A stretch of 64,000 nucleotides of DNA, taken from the NCBI GenBank assembly GCA_963786105.1, contig CAWAXX010000023.1, positions 224,001-288,000 of the forward strand, in the 5' to 3' direction. Of this stretch, positions 48,100 to 57,074 are shown piece by piece (position 1 is the first letter of the stretch; each line of letters opens with the position of its first letter). Both the position numbers and the translations under genes were made by a program. The notes beneath the pieces were generated by a model. It worked only from the letters and a program-made list of their open reading frames with translations, was not told where the DNA came from and did not search any database. The DNA is from Vulcanimicrobiota bacterium (GTDB taxonomy: Bacteria > Vulcanimicrobiota > Vulcanimicrobiia > Vulcanimicrobiales > Vulcanimicrobiaceae).

Positions 48100-48561
48100 C
48101 TACGACGCCGGCGCGACCTCGAGCCCCTCGGCGGTCAGCTCGAGCTCCTCCATCGCGACGTCGCCCGCGCCCTTGCCGCTGAGCGTCGGGCCGGTATATT
48201 TTGACGGCACGACGTTGGTCAACTTGAACACTTGCATGTTGTTGCTGGCTTCGTCGCGCAACGTGATGGTCACATCGCGCTGCGCGTTGACGCCGGTCGT
48301 GCGCGTCTGCGTCATCCAATCCCACAGATCCGAAGAGTTGACGACGCCCCGTTTCAGCACGACTTTGCCAATGGTATGAGCGCCAGGAATTTTGCGCACG
48401 TGCGGGTTTTTCTCGTTTCCGTCGCGGTAGTCGGAAACGTGCACTTCGGTCGTCAGGCCTGAGACGTCGGAAAAGCCGCCCAGCAGTTTTTCCGGATCGC
48501 GCGGGCCCTTGAGATCGACGATGTACATGTATCCAGGTAACGGGGCTGTCCGGTCAGGCAT
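48100..48561 (-). CDS. Tail tube protein (T4 gp19-like, Afp1-like)
   Basis: GGFSDVSGL, YRDGNE, RKIPG, VVLKRGV, LWDW, PSKYTGPTL, VAMEELEL. Confidence 0.95.
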   Translation of the reverse strand: MPDRTAPLPGYMYIVDLKGPRDPEKLLGGFSDVSGLTTEVHVSDYRDGNEKNPHVRKIPGAHTIGKVVLKRGVVNSSDLWDWMTQTRTTGVNAQRDVTITLRDEASNNMQVFKLTNVVPSKYTGPTLSGKGAGDVAMEELELTAEGLEVAPAS

Positions 48562-48591
48562 GGAAGATCTCCCTCAAAAAGCGTGCGTGAA

Positions 48592-50784
48592 CTAACTGCG
48601 AGCGTCCGAAGTCTTTTGACCGATGCGGAAGATGACGAATTCCGCGGGTTTCAAGAGGGCCGCGCCGATCAGACAGATCATGCGGCCGTTATCCAAGTCG
48701 TTTTGTGTCATCGTACTGCGGTCGCAGCGCACGAAGTACGCCTGCGACGGCGAGGCTCCAAGGAGTCGCCCCTCGACGAACTCGTTGTACAAGAACGAGT
48801 CGACCGAGTCTTTGACCCTCGCCCATAGGGCGGGACCGTTGTTTTCGAACACCGCCCACTGCGTGCTGTTGTCGATCGAGTGTTCGAGGTAGATCAAGTA
48901 CCGCCGTACGTTGACGTACATGAACTCGGAATCGGAACTGGCCGTCCGTGCGCCCCAAACGCGATAACCGCGGTCTGGGAAGTACCGCAAGCAGTTGATT
49001 CCGAGCGGATTCAAGGTGGCTTGTTCGGCGAACGTAATTTGACGTTCGAAGTCGAGAGCATCGAGCACGACTTCGTTCGCAGGGGCCTTGGCCACGCTGT
49101 TCTGATCGTCGTTGCGGGCGTAGATGCCGGCCATGAACCCCGAAGGGGGAACGGCGACTTCGGCCGGGATCGCCGTTCCCGAGCGTGCCAGCGGATTCGA
49201 CATGAGCACCCATGGGGTGTAGATCGCGGCATAACTGCTGTCGATGCGCGCCCGCACGTCTTCGTTGTCGGAGGCAATCTGGTTGGGCGGCGTATCGAGA
49301 AGGGCGACACGATAGGCGCGTTGCCGGCTTACGTGCGTGATCAGGCTGTCGATGATGGCTTCGCTGTCGGGGAATATGGAAGAACCAGGCGCCGCCACGA
49401 TAGCGATGTCCTCGAGACCTTCGAAAAGCGCGAGCGCTACGTCGTAGTCTTCGGCGACTGGCGCGCCCCCGTCGTTGCCGCCGGCGAGTACGAACGTTTT
49501 CGATGCGCCGTTGGCCGGGCTGGCTGACGTTCCGAACAAATTCGTGAACAGCGTCCCCGGTGCGAGCCCAGCGGTGATGTTGAACGCGACTTGGTTTTCC
49601 AGCGAGTCGATGTGGCGGGGCGGCGTGGCGCCGAGCATCGTCCCGAGATAACTCGGATGCGCCACATCGAAGCCGAGCCCGTCGTACACCTGCAGCTGTT
49701 GACCGCCGGGCGCGCTGACTTTCTGACTGGCGGCGCCATATGCGCTGACTTGCAGCGTGAGCGCGTAGAGGGTCATGCCGGCCGGAGTGGTGGCCGGAAG
49801 CGGGGTTGCGCCGCTAGTGAACGTGCTGCCGGTGCCGTTGGCGTAGAGCGTCGTGACGCCGGACAGCGCCACCGCAGCGCCCGCGCTGTGAGGGGCCGCA
49901 TTCGATCCGCCTTGCCCGCGCGTCACCGTGAGAACGGTCTTGGTTGCGTCGACGGCGCTTACGGCCAGGATCTCTTTGTCGATCTGCACGGTGGCGGGCG
50001 TCGCGCCGCTCAGCGGCGGCGAAATCGTCACCGTGGTATCGCTCGCCGCGACCGCCCCGCCGAGAACCAACGCCGCGAGAACGGGAGCGTTTTGCGCGTG
50101 TTTGGCGGTGATCGGTGACACGGTCAGGATGGTCTTGGTTGCATCGATCCCGCTCACGCTCAACGTCTCGTTGTCGACGAGCACCGTCGGCGGGACGCTG
50201 CCGGTGAACGCCGCGTTCAAGGTGATTTGGGTGGTGGCCGGATTCGTCACGTCGACTTCGGCTTTGAGCGTTCCAACCGATCCCGAAAGTGGCGCAGGGG
50301 CGGCGACCGAGGCGACCAGCGACCCTTGCGGAAGGCTGCTGACGTTGGGGATCTTGGTAGCGACGAGATTGACCGTCACGCTTTGATTGTTGGCGAAGGC
50401 GCCCGGAAAACGCGCACCTAGGGTAACATCGCCCGATCCGGCAGTCGCGCAATTGGCGGCGGCCGCCGCCGAACCGCCGGCAAAGACGCGCGAAACGTAT
50501 AGCATCGAGCCGCCGTTGTCGAAGAACCCCTTAACGCTCAGCGCGAGGAAGTTCGTGTTCTGCGGATCGGCGGGATTAGTCGACAGCGAAAGCTGGTCGT
50601 ACCCGCCGTACATGCTCTGGAAATCGCCGAAACTGGTGAGCAGCTGCGGAACGCCGCCGACGGGACCGGTCAGTGCCGGCCCGGCAAAGCCGGTCGTCGT
50701 CGTCCCGACGCCTTCGATCGAAGGCGCTCGAAAGCTGACCTCCTCGACATAAACCGCCGGCGCAAGATAGTTCGCCACGATCAT
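48592..50784 (-). CDS. Major tail sheath protein
   Basis: YLAPAVYVEE, GFFDNGG, PPSGFMAGIYAR, KAPANE, LNPLGINCLR, VWGART, YVNVRR, WAVFENN, KPAEFVIFRI. Confidence 0.96.
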   Translation of the reverse strand: MIVANYLAPAVYVEEVSFRAPSIEGVGTTTTGFAGPALTGPVGGVPQLLTSFGDFQSMYGGYDQLSLSTNPADPQNTNFLALSVKGFFDNGGSMLYVSRVFAGGSAAAAANCATAGSGDVTLGARFPGAFANNQSVTVNLVATKIPNVSSLPQGSLVASVAAPAPLSGSVGTLKAEVDVTNPATTQITLNAAFTGSVPPTVLVDNETLSVSGIDATKTILTVSPITAKHAQNAPVLAALVLGGAVAASDTTVTISPPLSGATPATVQIDKEILAVSAVDATKTVLTVTRGQGGSNAAPHSAGAAVALSGVTTLYANGTGSTFTSGATPLPATTPAGMTLYALTLQVSAYGAASQKVSAPGGQQLQVYDGLGFDVAHPSYLGTMLGATPPRHIDSLENQVAFNITAGLAPGTLFTNLFGTSASPANGASKTFVLAGGNDGGAPVAEDYDVALALFEGLEDIAIVAAPGSSIFPDSEAIIDSLITHVSRQRAYRVALLDTPPNQIASDNEDVRARIDSSYAAIYTPWVLMSNPLARSGTAIPAEVAVPPSGFMAGIYARNDDQNSVAKAPANEVVLDALDFERQITFAEQATLNPLGINCLRYFPDRGYRVWGARTASSDSEFMYVNVRRYLIYLEHSIDNSTQWAVFENNGPALWARVKDSVDSFLYNEFVEGRLLGASPSQAYFVRCDRSTMTQNDLDNGRMICLIGAALLKPAEFVIFRIGQKTSDARS

Positions 50785-50791
50785 TCCCCTT

Positions 50792-51529
50792 TCAAACGTT
50801 GATTTGCAGCAACGCGGTAATGCTTTGTCCTGGTGCGAGCCCTTCGGGCAGACTAGCGCTCTTGAGCGCCGGGTTGGAGAGGTTTACGAGGACGTCGTCC
50901 GGGTTCGGAATCCAGCTGCTCGGTTGTTGGAGTGCGCTCGGATCGAACCACGCGGTGAGCGTGACCGAAAGCGTCTTTTCGGTGACCGGACCACTGCTGT
51001 TCGCGCTCGTTTGCGGCGTGAGTCCGCACAGCGCCATTAGTGCCTCACCCCGCGCATCCGCTACGCCGGTCGCAACCGGTTTGCCATCGCTCGTCCGCGC
51101 GATTTGCAACGCCGCCCACGGCAAGCCGTTTTTCAGAGGGGTGCCATCGACGACCGATGCGTGTACTACCGCCCAATTCGGCGCGACCGGGGCCGCGGGC
51201 GACGGATAAAGCCGAATCATTTGCGGCTGAGCAGTTGACACCAACTGCACCGGAATCTGAATCGAAGCGCGACGCGGCAGGTAGCGAAGACTCGGATCCT
51301 CGATCGTGACCTCGAAGGCGAGCGGCGCCGGCCACGTTCCGGAAGGCACGAACTGCGTCGTCAACGCGCCAAAATTTGGCGCATCGAGGACCGCATAGAT
51401 TCCGCTCCGGTTTCGTACGACCGCCAGGCCGGGAGCGGTGACCGTCAGCGGGTCGATAACAGCATTGCCGGTGATCGCGTCGGTACACGCGAACCCGGCA
51501 AGGACGCGACGATCGACGAGCTCGATCAT
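50792..51529 (-). CDS. eCIS-associated hypothetical protein (possible carboxypeptidase-regulatory-like Ig fold)
   Basis: ATGA overlap with DUF4255 gene; RNRSGIY, RYLPRR, LYPSPAA, ADARGEA. Confidence 0.75.
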   Translation of the reverse strand: MIELVDRRVLAGFACTDAITGNAVIDPLTVTAPGLAVVRNRSGIYAVLDAPNFGALTTQFVPSGTWPAPLAFEVTIEDPSLRYLPRRASIQIPVQLVSTAQPQMIRLYPSPAAPVAPNWAVVHASVVDGTPLKNGLPWAALQIARTSDGKPVATGVADARGEALMALCGLTPQTSANSSGPVTEKTLSVTLTAWFDPSALQQPSSWIPNPDDVLVNLSNPALKSASLPEGLAPGQSITALLQINV

Positions 51530-52110
51530 GAAGCGCTCGCCTGATACTCAAAGCGGGTCGCAACCACGGGACTGCCCGGCGTAACGGTGCGGTCGACCCG
51601 TACGACTCGAGCAATGTACGCCGTGCTCAGCCGGTATTTTGGGCCGAGGGCATCCCAAATACGTAAGATGTCTTCCAGGCTCAAGTCGGCCGGCATCAGT
51701 TGGACCGATTCGGTCGAATCCCAGCCGGCATTAGCGGTCGACAGCGACAGGATCGATGAGTCGAGAATCAGATTCGAGGCCAGCTGCTGCATCGTCCAGG
51801 CGAGAATTTTTTGCTCGGCTTCGGCGCTGCTGCCCCAGTACGTGATCAAATAGTGCAAATCCAAAAACAGTACGGGCTGCTCTCCCGGCGAATCCTGGAG
51901 TCGCGTCACCGATCGGAAGTTCTCGTTCGTCGTTATGCGATGAAGGAAGATCGAGACGACCTGATCGTTGGATTGCTCCTCGCCGGCAAGCTCCACGCTC
52001 GACATCAAGCTGAAAGTGCACGGGAATCCCACCAGGACCGGATCGTAATTATTCTGCAGGAATCGCGCCAGCGAATCACCGACCGCGAATACTCCTTGGT
52101 AATTCGCCAC
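51526..52110 (-). CDS. DUF4255 / Pvc16-Afp16 cap (tail terminator) protein
   Basis: VSIFLHRITTNENFR, LDLHYLITYW, LSLEDILRIWDAL..KYRLSTAYIARVV; RBS ggagg before GTG 52110. Confidence 0.92.
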   Translation of the reverse strand: MANYQGVFAVGDSLARFLQNNYDPVLVGFPCTFSLMSSVELAGEEQSNDQVVSIFLHRITTNENFRSVTRLQDSPGEQPVLFLDLHYLITYWGSSAEAEQKILAWTMQQLASNLILDSSILSLSTANAGWDSTESVQLMPADLSLEDILRIWDALGPKYRLSTAYIARVVRVDRTVTPGSPVVATRFEYQASAS

Positions 52111-52178
52111 ACCGGAACTCCTCCGCACTCATCCTACGCGGAGCGCTCTCGGCATTCTCTCCGGCTCCTCGCCGAAAG

Positions 52179-52874
52179 CTACGAGGTGGTTGGAGGCGGT
52201 AGTGTCGGAGCGGCGGGCAGATCGGCGAACGCGGACGCCACGCCTAAAGCGGAAGCGAAGTATCGCTCGACCTCGATGACGCGCTGGCAGTGGTTCGGGA
52301 AAGCGCCGCTGTTGTAATACGCCAGCATGCCGGTGTTGCCGAAATTGTAGGCTCCCGTTCCAAGTAGTACGGCATTGGACAGCCTCGGATCCGGTTGGCT
52401 GCCCTGGTTGCTTTGAATGATGGACGTAGCCCACGCGATCTTCGCGGCCATCAATCGACAATGGCGACCGATGGCCTTGTCGAGGTCGAACGCATACGCT
52501 CGCGCGCTCGCGAAGTCCGTGACCCCGGCCTCGCCCAAAAGATACGTGAGTTTCAGCTGCGCGATGCCCATGTCGTACTGCATCGGATTGTCGTTAGGAT
52601 TGCTTCGGGCGACGCCGGCGGCCGTCTTTCCGATGTTATGGTTTTCGCACAGGGGATCGAGCGTCGACTCGATGGCCAGGCACGCAGCCGTGACCGATAT
52701 TTGGACCCCCTCGGTAGGGGCGTACACCTTGATTTTGGTTGAAATCTCCAAGGCTTGAGATTCGGTGACCTTATGGATGATGATGCCTTCATCGGCGTTC
52801 GTCCACTCGGTCTGACCGCCTGCGAAGATAGAGAGGGTGTTGTTGTGCGAGAGGATGGCTTCGTAGAACTGCAT
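52179..52874 (-). CDS. Putative lytic transglycosylase (SLT/GH23-like), no signal peptide
   Basis: Motif I LAIES, motif II DMGIAQL, motif III GAYNFG in the expected order. Confidence 0.68.
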   Translation of the reverse strand: MQFYEAILSHNNTLSIFAGGQTEWTNADEGIIIHKVTESQALEISTKIKVYAPTEGVQISVTAACLAIESTLDPLCENHNIGKTAAGVARSNPNDNPMQYDMGIAQLKLTYLLGEAGVTDFASARAYAFDLDKAIGRHCRLMAAKIAWATSIIQSNQGSQPDPRLSNAVLLGTGAYNFGNTGMLAYYNSGAFPNHCQRVIEVERYFASALGVASAFADLPAAPTLPPPTTS

Positions 52875-53008
52875 GTCGGCCCCATTTCGGTGGCATCATG
52901 CTTTCGCAGCGGCGTTGCTGGGTTCCGTCGCCATTCGCGAGAGCGCTTGATGAACCAAGCGAGAGCCGCCGCCAGGCGCGTCTCATGTAAGATGCGAATT
53001 ATGAAATA

Positions 53009-54217
53009 ATGAACGCCAACGTCGTCTCGTCGAAGCGCCCGCTGCCCGTTGGGCGAATTGGGATTTCAACGGTGCTCGCGCTTATTTTGGCTGCGGTAGC
53101 CTGGAACGCGTACGGTAACATTTCAGGCCCAAAGTCAAAGGACAGTCTGGCGACGTGCCAGACCCTCTACAAGACAGGAAGTGGGTCGGGGGCGGGGGCG
53201 GCGGACCACCCGGTTCCAACCCCCGCGCCGACGAGCACCGCAGATCCCGTTGACACGTGCAAAACGGCTCTGAGTGCGGCCTCGTGGCCGTTCGCAGAGT
53301 TTGGATTGCTGGCGGTGCTCGCACTGCTGCTGGTTACGTATGCGTTTAGCGGCCAGCATCCGCTGCTGATGTTCGAGAGCGATGGCGGCGGCGGCCTGAG
53401 CATTTCCAAGTTCCAGTTTTTTGCATGGACGGTTGTGGTTGGGTATGCGTACGCGATGTTGTACGCGGCGCGGCTGGCGGTCACCGGGGATCCGCATCCG
53501 ATTACGTCGATTCCCGGCAACGTTCTCTTGGCGATGGGCTTCAGCATCACGACGGCAGTTGCCGCCAAAGCGATCACCGTGAACAACATCTCGACCGGCC
53601 GGATTACTCAACAGGCGGGGAGTCCGGCGGCGGTGACGGCGGCATCGCTGATCACGTCGGACGACGTACCGGACTTGAATAAGATTCAAATGCTCTTCTG
53701 GACGCTCGTCGGGACGACGATTTTCGTCATTCAAGCACACAGCGGGGTTTACGATGCGGTGTTTTGCACGAATGCGCCCGAAAGCCACTGTTTTCCCAAT
53801 ATCGACACGTCGTTGATGCTCCTTATGGGACTGAGTCAAGCGTCGTATCTCGGCGGAAAGCTTACGTCGGTCAATGCCCCTGCGATCGTCAGCATTTCGC
53901 CGTCATCGGTAAGAATAGCCGATTTGACCGCATTCGCTTCCGGGTTCGCCATGCCCGCTCCCGGAGGTCCCGCCCCCGCTCCGGTCGCGGTCACGATTTC
54001 GGGGTCGAACTTCGGCGACGAGCAAGCCGAGAGTCAGGTACTGATCAACGACGCTCCTTTATGGGGCGGCAAAATTACAAAGTGGTCCGACGCAAGTATT
54101 ATCTTCACTTTGCCGCCGTCGAGACTCGACGGTTCGGCCTGGACGCCGATGGCCGTGGATGTGAACGTGCAAGTGAGTGGGGCCAAAGCTAACCCGCAAA
54201 AGCTCAGCCTAACGTAG
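53009..54217 (+). CDS. Multi-pass membrane protein with C-terminal IPT/TIG domain
   Basis: Internally repeated TM unit (LSISKFQFFAWT..IPGNVLLAMG / PDLNKIQMLFWT..IDTSLMLLMG); VTISGSNFG, ITKWSDASI. Confidence 0.8.
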   Translation: MNANVVSSKRPLPVGRIGISTVLALILAAVAWNAYGNISGPKSKDSLATCQTLYKTGSGSGAGAADHPVPTPAPTSTADPVDTCKTALSAASWPFAEFGLLAVLALLLVTYAFSGQHPLLMFESDGGGGLSISKFQFFAWTVVVGYAYAMLYAARLAVTGDPHPITSIPGNVLLAMGFSITTAVAAKAITVNNISTGRITQQAGSPAAVTAASLITSDDVPDLNKIQMLFWTLVGTTIFVIQAHSGVYDAVFCTNAPESHCFPNIDTSLMLLMGLSQASYLGGKLTSVNAPAIVSISPSSVRIADLTAFASGFAMPAPGGPAPAPVAVTISGSNFGDEQAESQVLINDAPLWGGKITKWSDASIIFTLPPSRLDGSAWTPMAVDVNVQVSGAKANPQKLSLT

Positions 54218-54218
54218 C

Positions 54219-55241
54219 GTGCCTCAAAAGCGTCTCATCCTCTTGGTGCCAGGATTTCAGGAGAAGTTCTTGGCGGGATCGCAACTGACGGTTTTAAAGA
54301 ACTACCTCGAGATCAAAAGCGGTGCTACGAGCGTTCCCATCGGTCATCAGCCGTACGCCGGCTACAGAATCGAAGCTTCCGGCGCAACGCTCGAGATGTT
54401 CGAAGCAAACTGGCAGGCCTCTACGGCGATGCTCAGCTCGAAAGGCTGGTTCATAAGATTGACTTGGGGGCTATATCTGCTCGCCACATGGTTGAATCCG
54501 CAGACCTTCCGCCGCGCTCGCGGACATAATGCTTGGTTCGTGTGGTTCGGCCTGATGCTTGTGCTCGTCGCCGTATGGTGGAGTAGCGCCATACCTGCAC
54601 TACTTAAACAGTTTGGTTTACCGTTGCATATTGGCTCGTGGGAGCTCGGTCAACCTTGGTTTCTCGCGCTAGCCGCTTCTCTTCTTGCGGCCTTTGGAGT
54701 AAGCGTAACGGCGTCCGTTGACGTCGCCGATTTGTTTCGACGCTACCTTAGCAACTTGGTCGATGACAATGGCCTGCCGACGCGCAAAGTAATGCGCGGT
54801 ACCCTCACGGACGCAGTGAACGCGCTTTCTAGCAATGGCTACGACGAAATCGTTTTGGTCGCCCACAGTTTCGGTGTCTTGGTCGCCCTGGATGCCATAG
54901 CAGAAGGTCTGAATCGAAAGGTTTACTTTGTCAGCCTTGGCGGTTTTCTCGCGTTTCTAGCCGCCGAAAACGATTGGGTTACCCAAAGCATTACGACGTG
55001 TTCGCAAAGCGATTGTTTAAGCGCCTGGGTCGATTATTATTCGAACGAAGATATGTTCGCCGCGCCCTCGCCGGTCCAAGGTTTAACGCCTAGAAGCGTC
55101 TCACACGACGTGGCGTTGGGAGCGTCTCTTTCGCAGAGAGTATTCGGAAAGGCGCACGTGATGTATTTTCGCAACGGCCTGGTTCAAGACACCATTATGA
55201 ACCCGTCGGACGTCTTTGGGCGACTTCGAGCCGAGCCATGA
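54219..55241 (+). CDS. Membrane-associated alpha/beta hydrolase-fold protein
   Basis: LLVPG, TM helices, IVLVAHSFG nucleophile elbow, FVSLG, WVDYYS..D, AHVMYF. Confidence 0.72.
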   Translation: MPQKRLILLVPGFQEKFLAGSQLTVLKNYLEIKSGATSVPIGHQPYAGYRIEASGATLEMFEANWQASTAMLSSKGWFIRLTWGLYLLATWLNPQTFRRARGHNAWFVWFGLMLVLVAVWWSSAIPALLKQFGLPLHIGSWELGQPWFLALAASLLAAFGVSVTASVDVADLFRRYLSNLVDDNGLPTRKVMRGTLTDAVNALSSNGYDEIVLVAHSFGVLVALDAIAEGLNRKVYFVSLGGFLAFLAAENDWVTQSITTCSQSDCLSAWVDYYSNEDMFAAPSPVQGLTPRSVSHDVALGASLSQRVFGKAHVMYFRNGLVQDTIMNPSDVFGRLRAEP

Positions 55242-55302
55242 GCTCATTCGAGGGGGTCCAGCGTCGCGACTTGCCAATCGTCCCCGCACGGGTCTTTCAC
55301 CC

Positions 55303-56580
55303 ATGAGCGCGCCCGAAACGCCGCCCGGCGCTCCGTGGTGGCGCCAGTTCCTGTCGCAGTATTTCGTACCTACCGCGATCGCCAGTCTCGTCGCTACCGT
55401 GCTGTCGATTTATGCCGCAGTAACGACGGCGCACGAAAGACAACAGGAATACAATCAGAAGTTCGAGCAACTCGTCGACTCGCCGACGATCATGGGCGCA
55501 CTCGGCGGCGTCTACGTTGCGAATCCCGGTACCTCGGCTTATCGGCTCGAACAAATTAAAGCGTCGTTCACGCAAACGGTTCGCGAGGAACAAGCTACGG
55601 CGACGCTGTTATCGCTTCAATCGGTTGCCGAATCGGAGACGCAACGGCGTACCGTCCTACTTATCGGCGCGCGGCTGCTCAACGCCGATCCGTCGAGCGT
55701 CTCGACCGGATCGGATGCAGCGCGGCTTCTCACGATCCTGATCGACGAGGTCGATTCCGGACGGCGCTCGTGGAATCCGTTCGAGCGAACGTTGAACAAG
55801 CACTTATGGGAAACGGTATCGAGCCAGACGTTTATGGACCTCGTCACGGCGGGGTATAGCAACGACTATTACAACGACGACTTCAACAACGCGAATTACC
55901 GGCCGTATTGGCCGACGCTCAACGGCGACGAGCCGGTTTCGCACGATGCAAAAGCTCAAGTACTTTGGGAGTTGACGGCTTCCCAATACGACGGCTGGAT
56001 CCACCTGGCGACGTTCGGGTTTAGTTTTCCGCCCGGACCGGCGCCGCGGGCAGAGCCGGGAGCCGCGCGTTCGGCGCAAGCGCCGGTGACGCCGGAAACG
56101 GCCAGGGACCTCATTCGTTACGCAACCGACGTCACGTTACGGCGCGACCTCGCCGGCGTAGCGGCGATCCGGTCGCAATACGCAATTCCCGACCCACGGG
56201 AGACGCCGCTGCACGATCCGCTATTCGACGCGAAGCAACTGATCGATCCCGCCCAGTTCCCGGCGAAGTGGATCATGCTGAAGCCTCGCCTGCTGCGGGT
56301 CAGGCCTCCCGTGGAATACATCAGTCCCGACGGGATGTTTCGCAAGGGAAGCCTCGGCCGGATCGACGGCGTCGTGCCGGCCGGTTCCTGTATCAATGTG
56401 GTCGAGCCGCTGCTACCGGTGCTCGTGTTCGTGCCGTCGTACGTCGCACAGGCCACGCCGTCAGGGGTCGCGTCTTCGAAGAACGGCGTCGAATTCGCGG
56501 GCCTCGTTCACATGTGGGCGCACGTTCGCGCGACCAAGACCGACCAAGACTGCCTATCGGTCATCGCTAAACCGCGCTAA
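55303..56580 (+). CDS. Hypothetical protein with N-terminal TM anchor
   Basis: ATG 55303; hydrophobic FVPTAIASLVATVLSIYAAV; no family recognised. Confidence 0.7.
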   Translation: MSAPETPPGAPWWRQFLSQYFVPTAIASLVATVLSIYAAVTTAHERQQEYNQKFEQLVDSPTIMGALGGVYVANPGTSAYRLEQIKASFTQTVREEQATATLLSLQSVAESETQRRTVLLIGARLLNADPSSVSTGSDAARLLTILIDEVDSGRRSWNPFERTLNKHLWETVSSQTFMDLVTAGYSNDYYNDDFNNANYRPYWPTLNGDEPVSHDAKAQVLWELTASQYDGWIHLATFGFSFPPGPAPRAEPGAARSAQAPVTPETARDLIRYATDVTLRRDLAGVAAIRSQYAIPDPRETPLHDPLFDAKQLIDPAQFPAKWIMLKPRLLRVRPPVEYISPDGMFRKGSLGRIDGVVPAGSCINVVEPLLPVLVFVPSYVAQATPSGVASSKNGVEFAGLVHMWAHVRATKTDQDCLSVIAKPR

Positions 56581-56663
56581 CGAGTCCTTACTGCGGCGCG
56601 GAGCCTGTGAGCGAGCCACGCGAATCGAAGGTGCGCCTGCGCCCAGGATGACGACGGTCGATC

Positions 56664-57038
56664 TTAAAGACTCGGTGGCGTAGGAGATGCTTCCGTCATC
56701 TCCGGATGAAGCGCCGACTCACCGGCGCACAGCAGCCGGCCGTTGACGGCGAACTGCGCGACTTGATCGCCGCGGGCGGTGGTGGCGGTTTGCGTAACGG
56801 TCACCGCGACATCCGGCGGAAGTGCGGCTCGATTGTAGAGCAGATCCGTTTGACGAATCATCGCGTCGATCGAGTGGTCGTTTAGATTGTCGTCGAACCA
56901 CAAGCAGTTCGAAACCGGCCCGGGAAGTGCGGCGTACGAATACGCGATCGTCTCGGCCGGTGCCGAAACCGTGGCACTTGCCCAGGATACGACCAGCGCG
57001 GCCACAACCAACGAAACGAAGACCGTCGAGTGCTTCAT
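56664..57038 (-). CDS. Small secreted hypothetical protein
   Basis: Signal peptide MKHSTVFVSLVVAALVVSWASA. Confidence 0.65.
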   Translation of the reverse strand: MKHSTVFVSLVVAALVVSWASATVSAPAETIAYSYAALPGPVSNCLWFDDNLNDHSIDAMIRQTDLLYNRAALPPDVAVTVTQTATTARGDQVAQFAVNGRLLCAGESALHPEMTEASPTPPSL

Positions 57039-57074
57039 CGTGCGATTATACCGCAATGAAGGCCGTTGCTCCCG

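Larger units (their letters stand above)
20816..52110 (-). other. Extracellular contractile injection system (eCIS; Afp/PVC-like) gene cluster
   Basis: Co-directional, tightly coupled genes for DUF4255, sheaths, gp19 tubes, gpD/gpV, gp25, baseplate J, gpI-like, AAA ATPase, DUF4157; no capsid/terminase or T6SS membrane genes. Confidence 0.95.

Noticed and set aside
20816..52110. Prophage or R-type tailocin
   Set aside because: No capsid, portal, terminase, integrase or replication genes; DUF4255, Afp15-type ATPase and DUF4157 indicate eCIS
20816..52110. Type VI secretion system
   Set aside because: No TssJ/L/M, TssK, TssB/C-type sheath, Hcp or ClpV motifs; tubes are gp19-like
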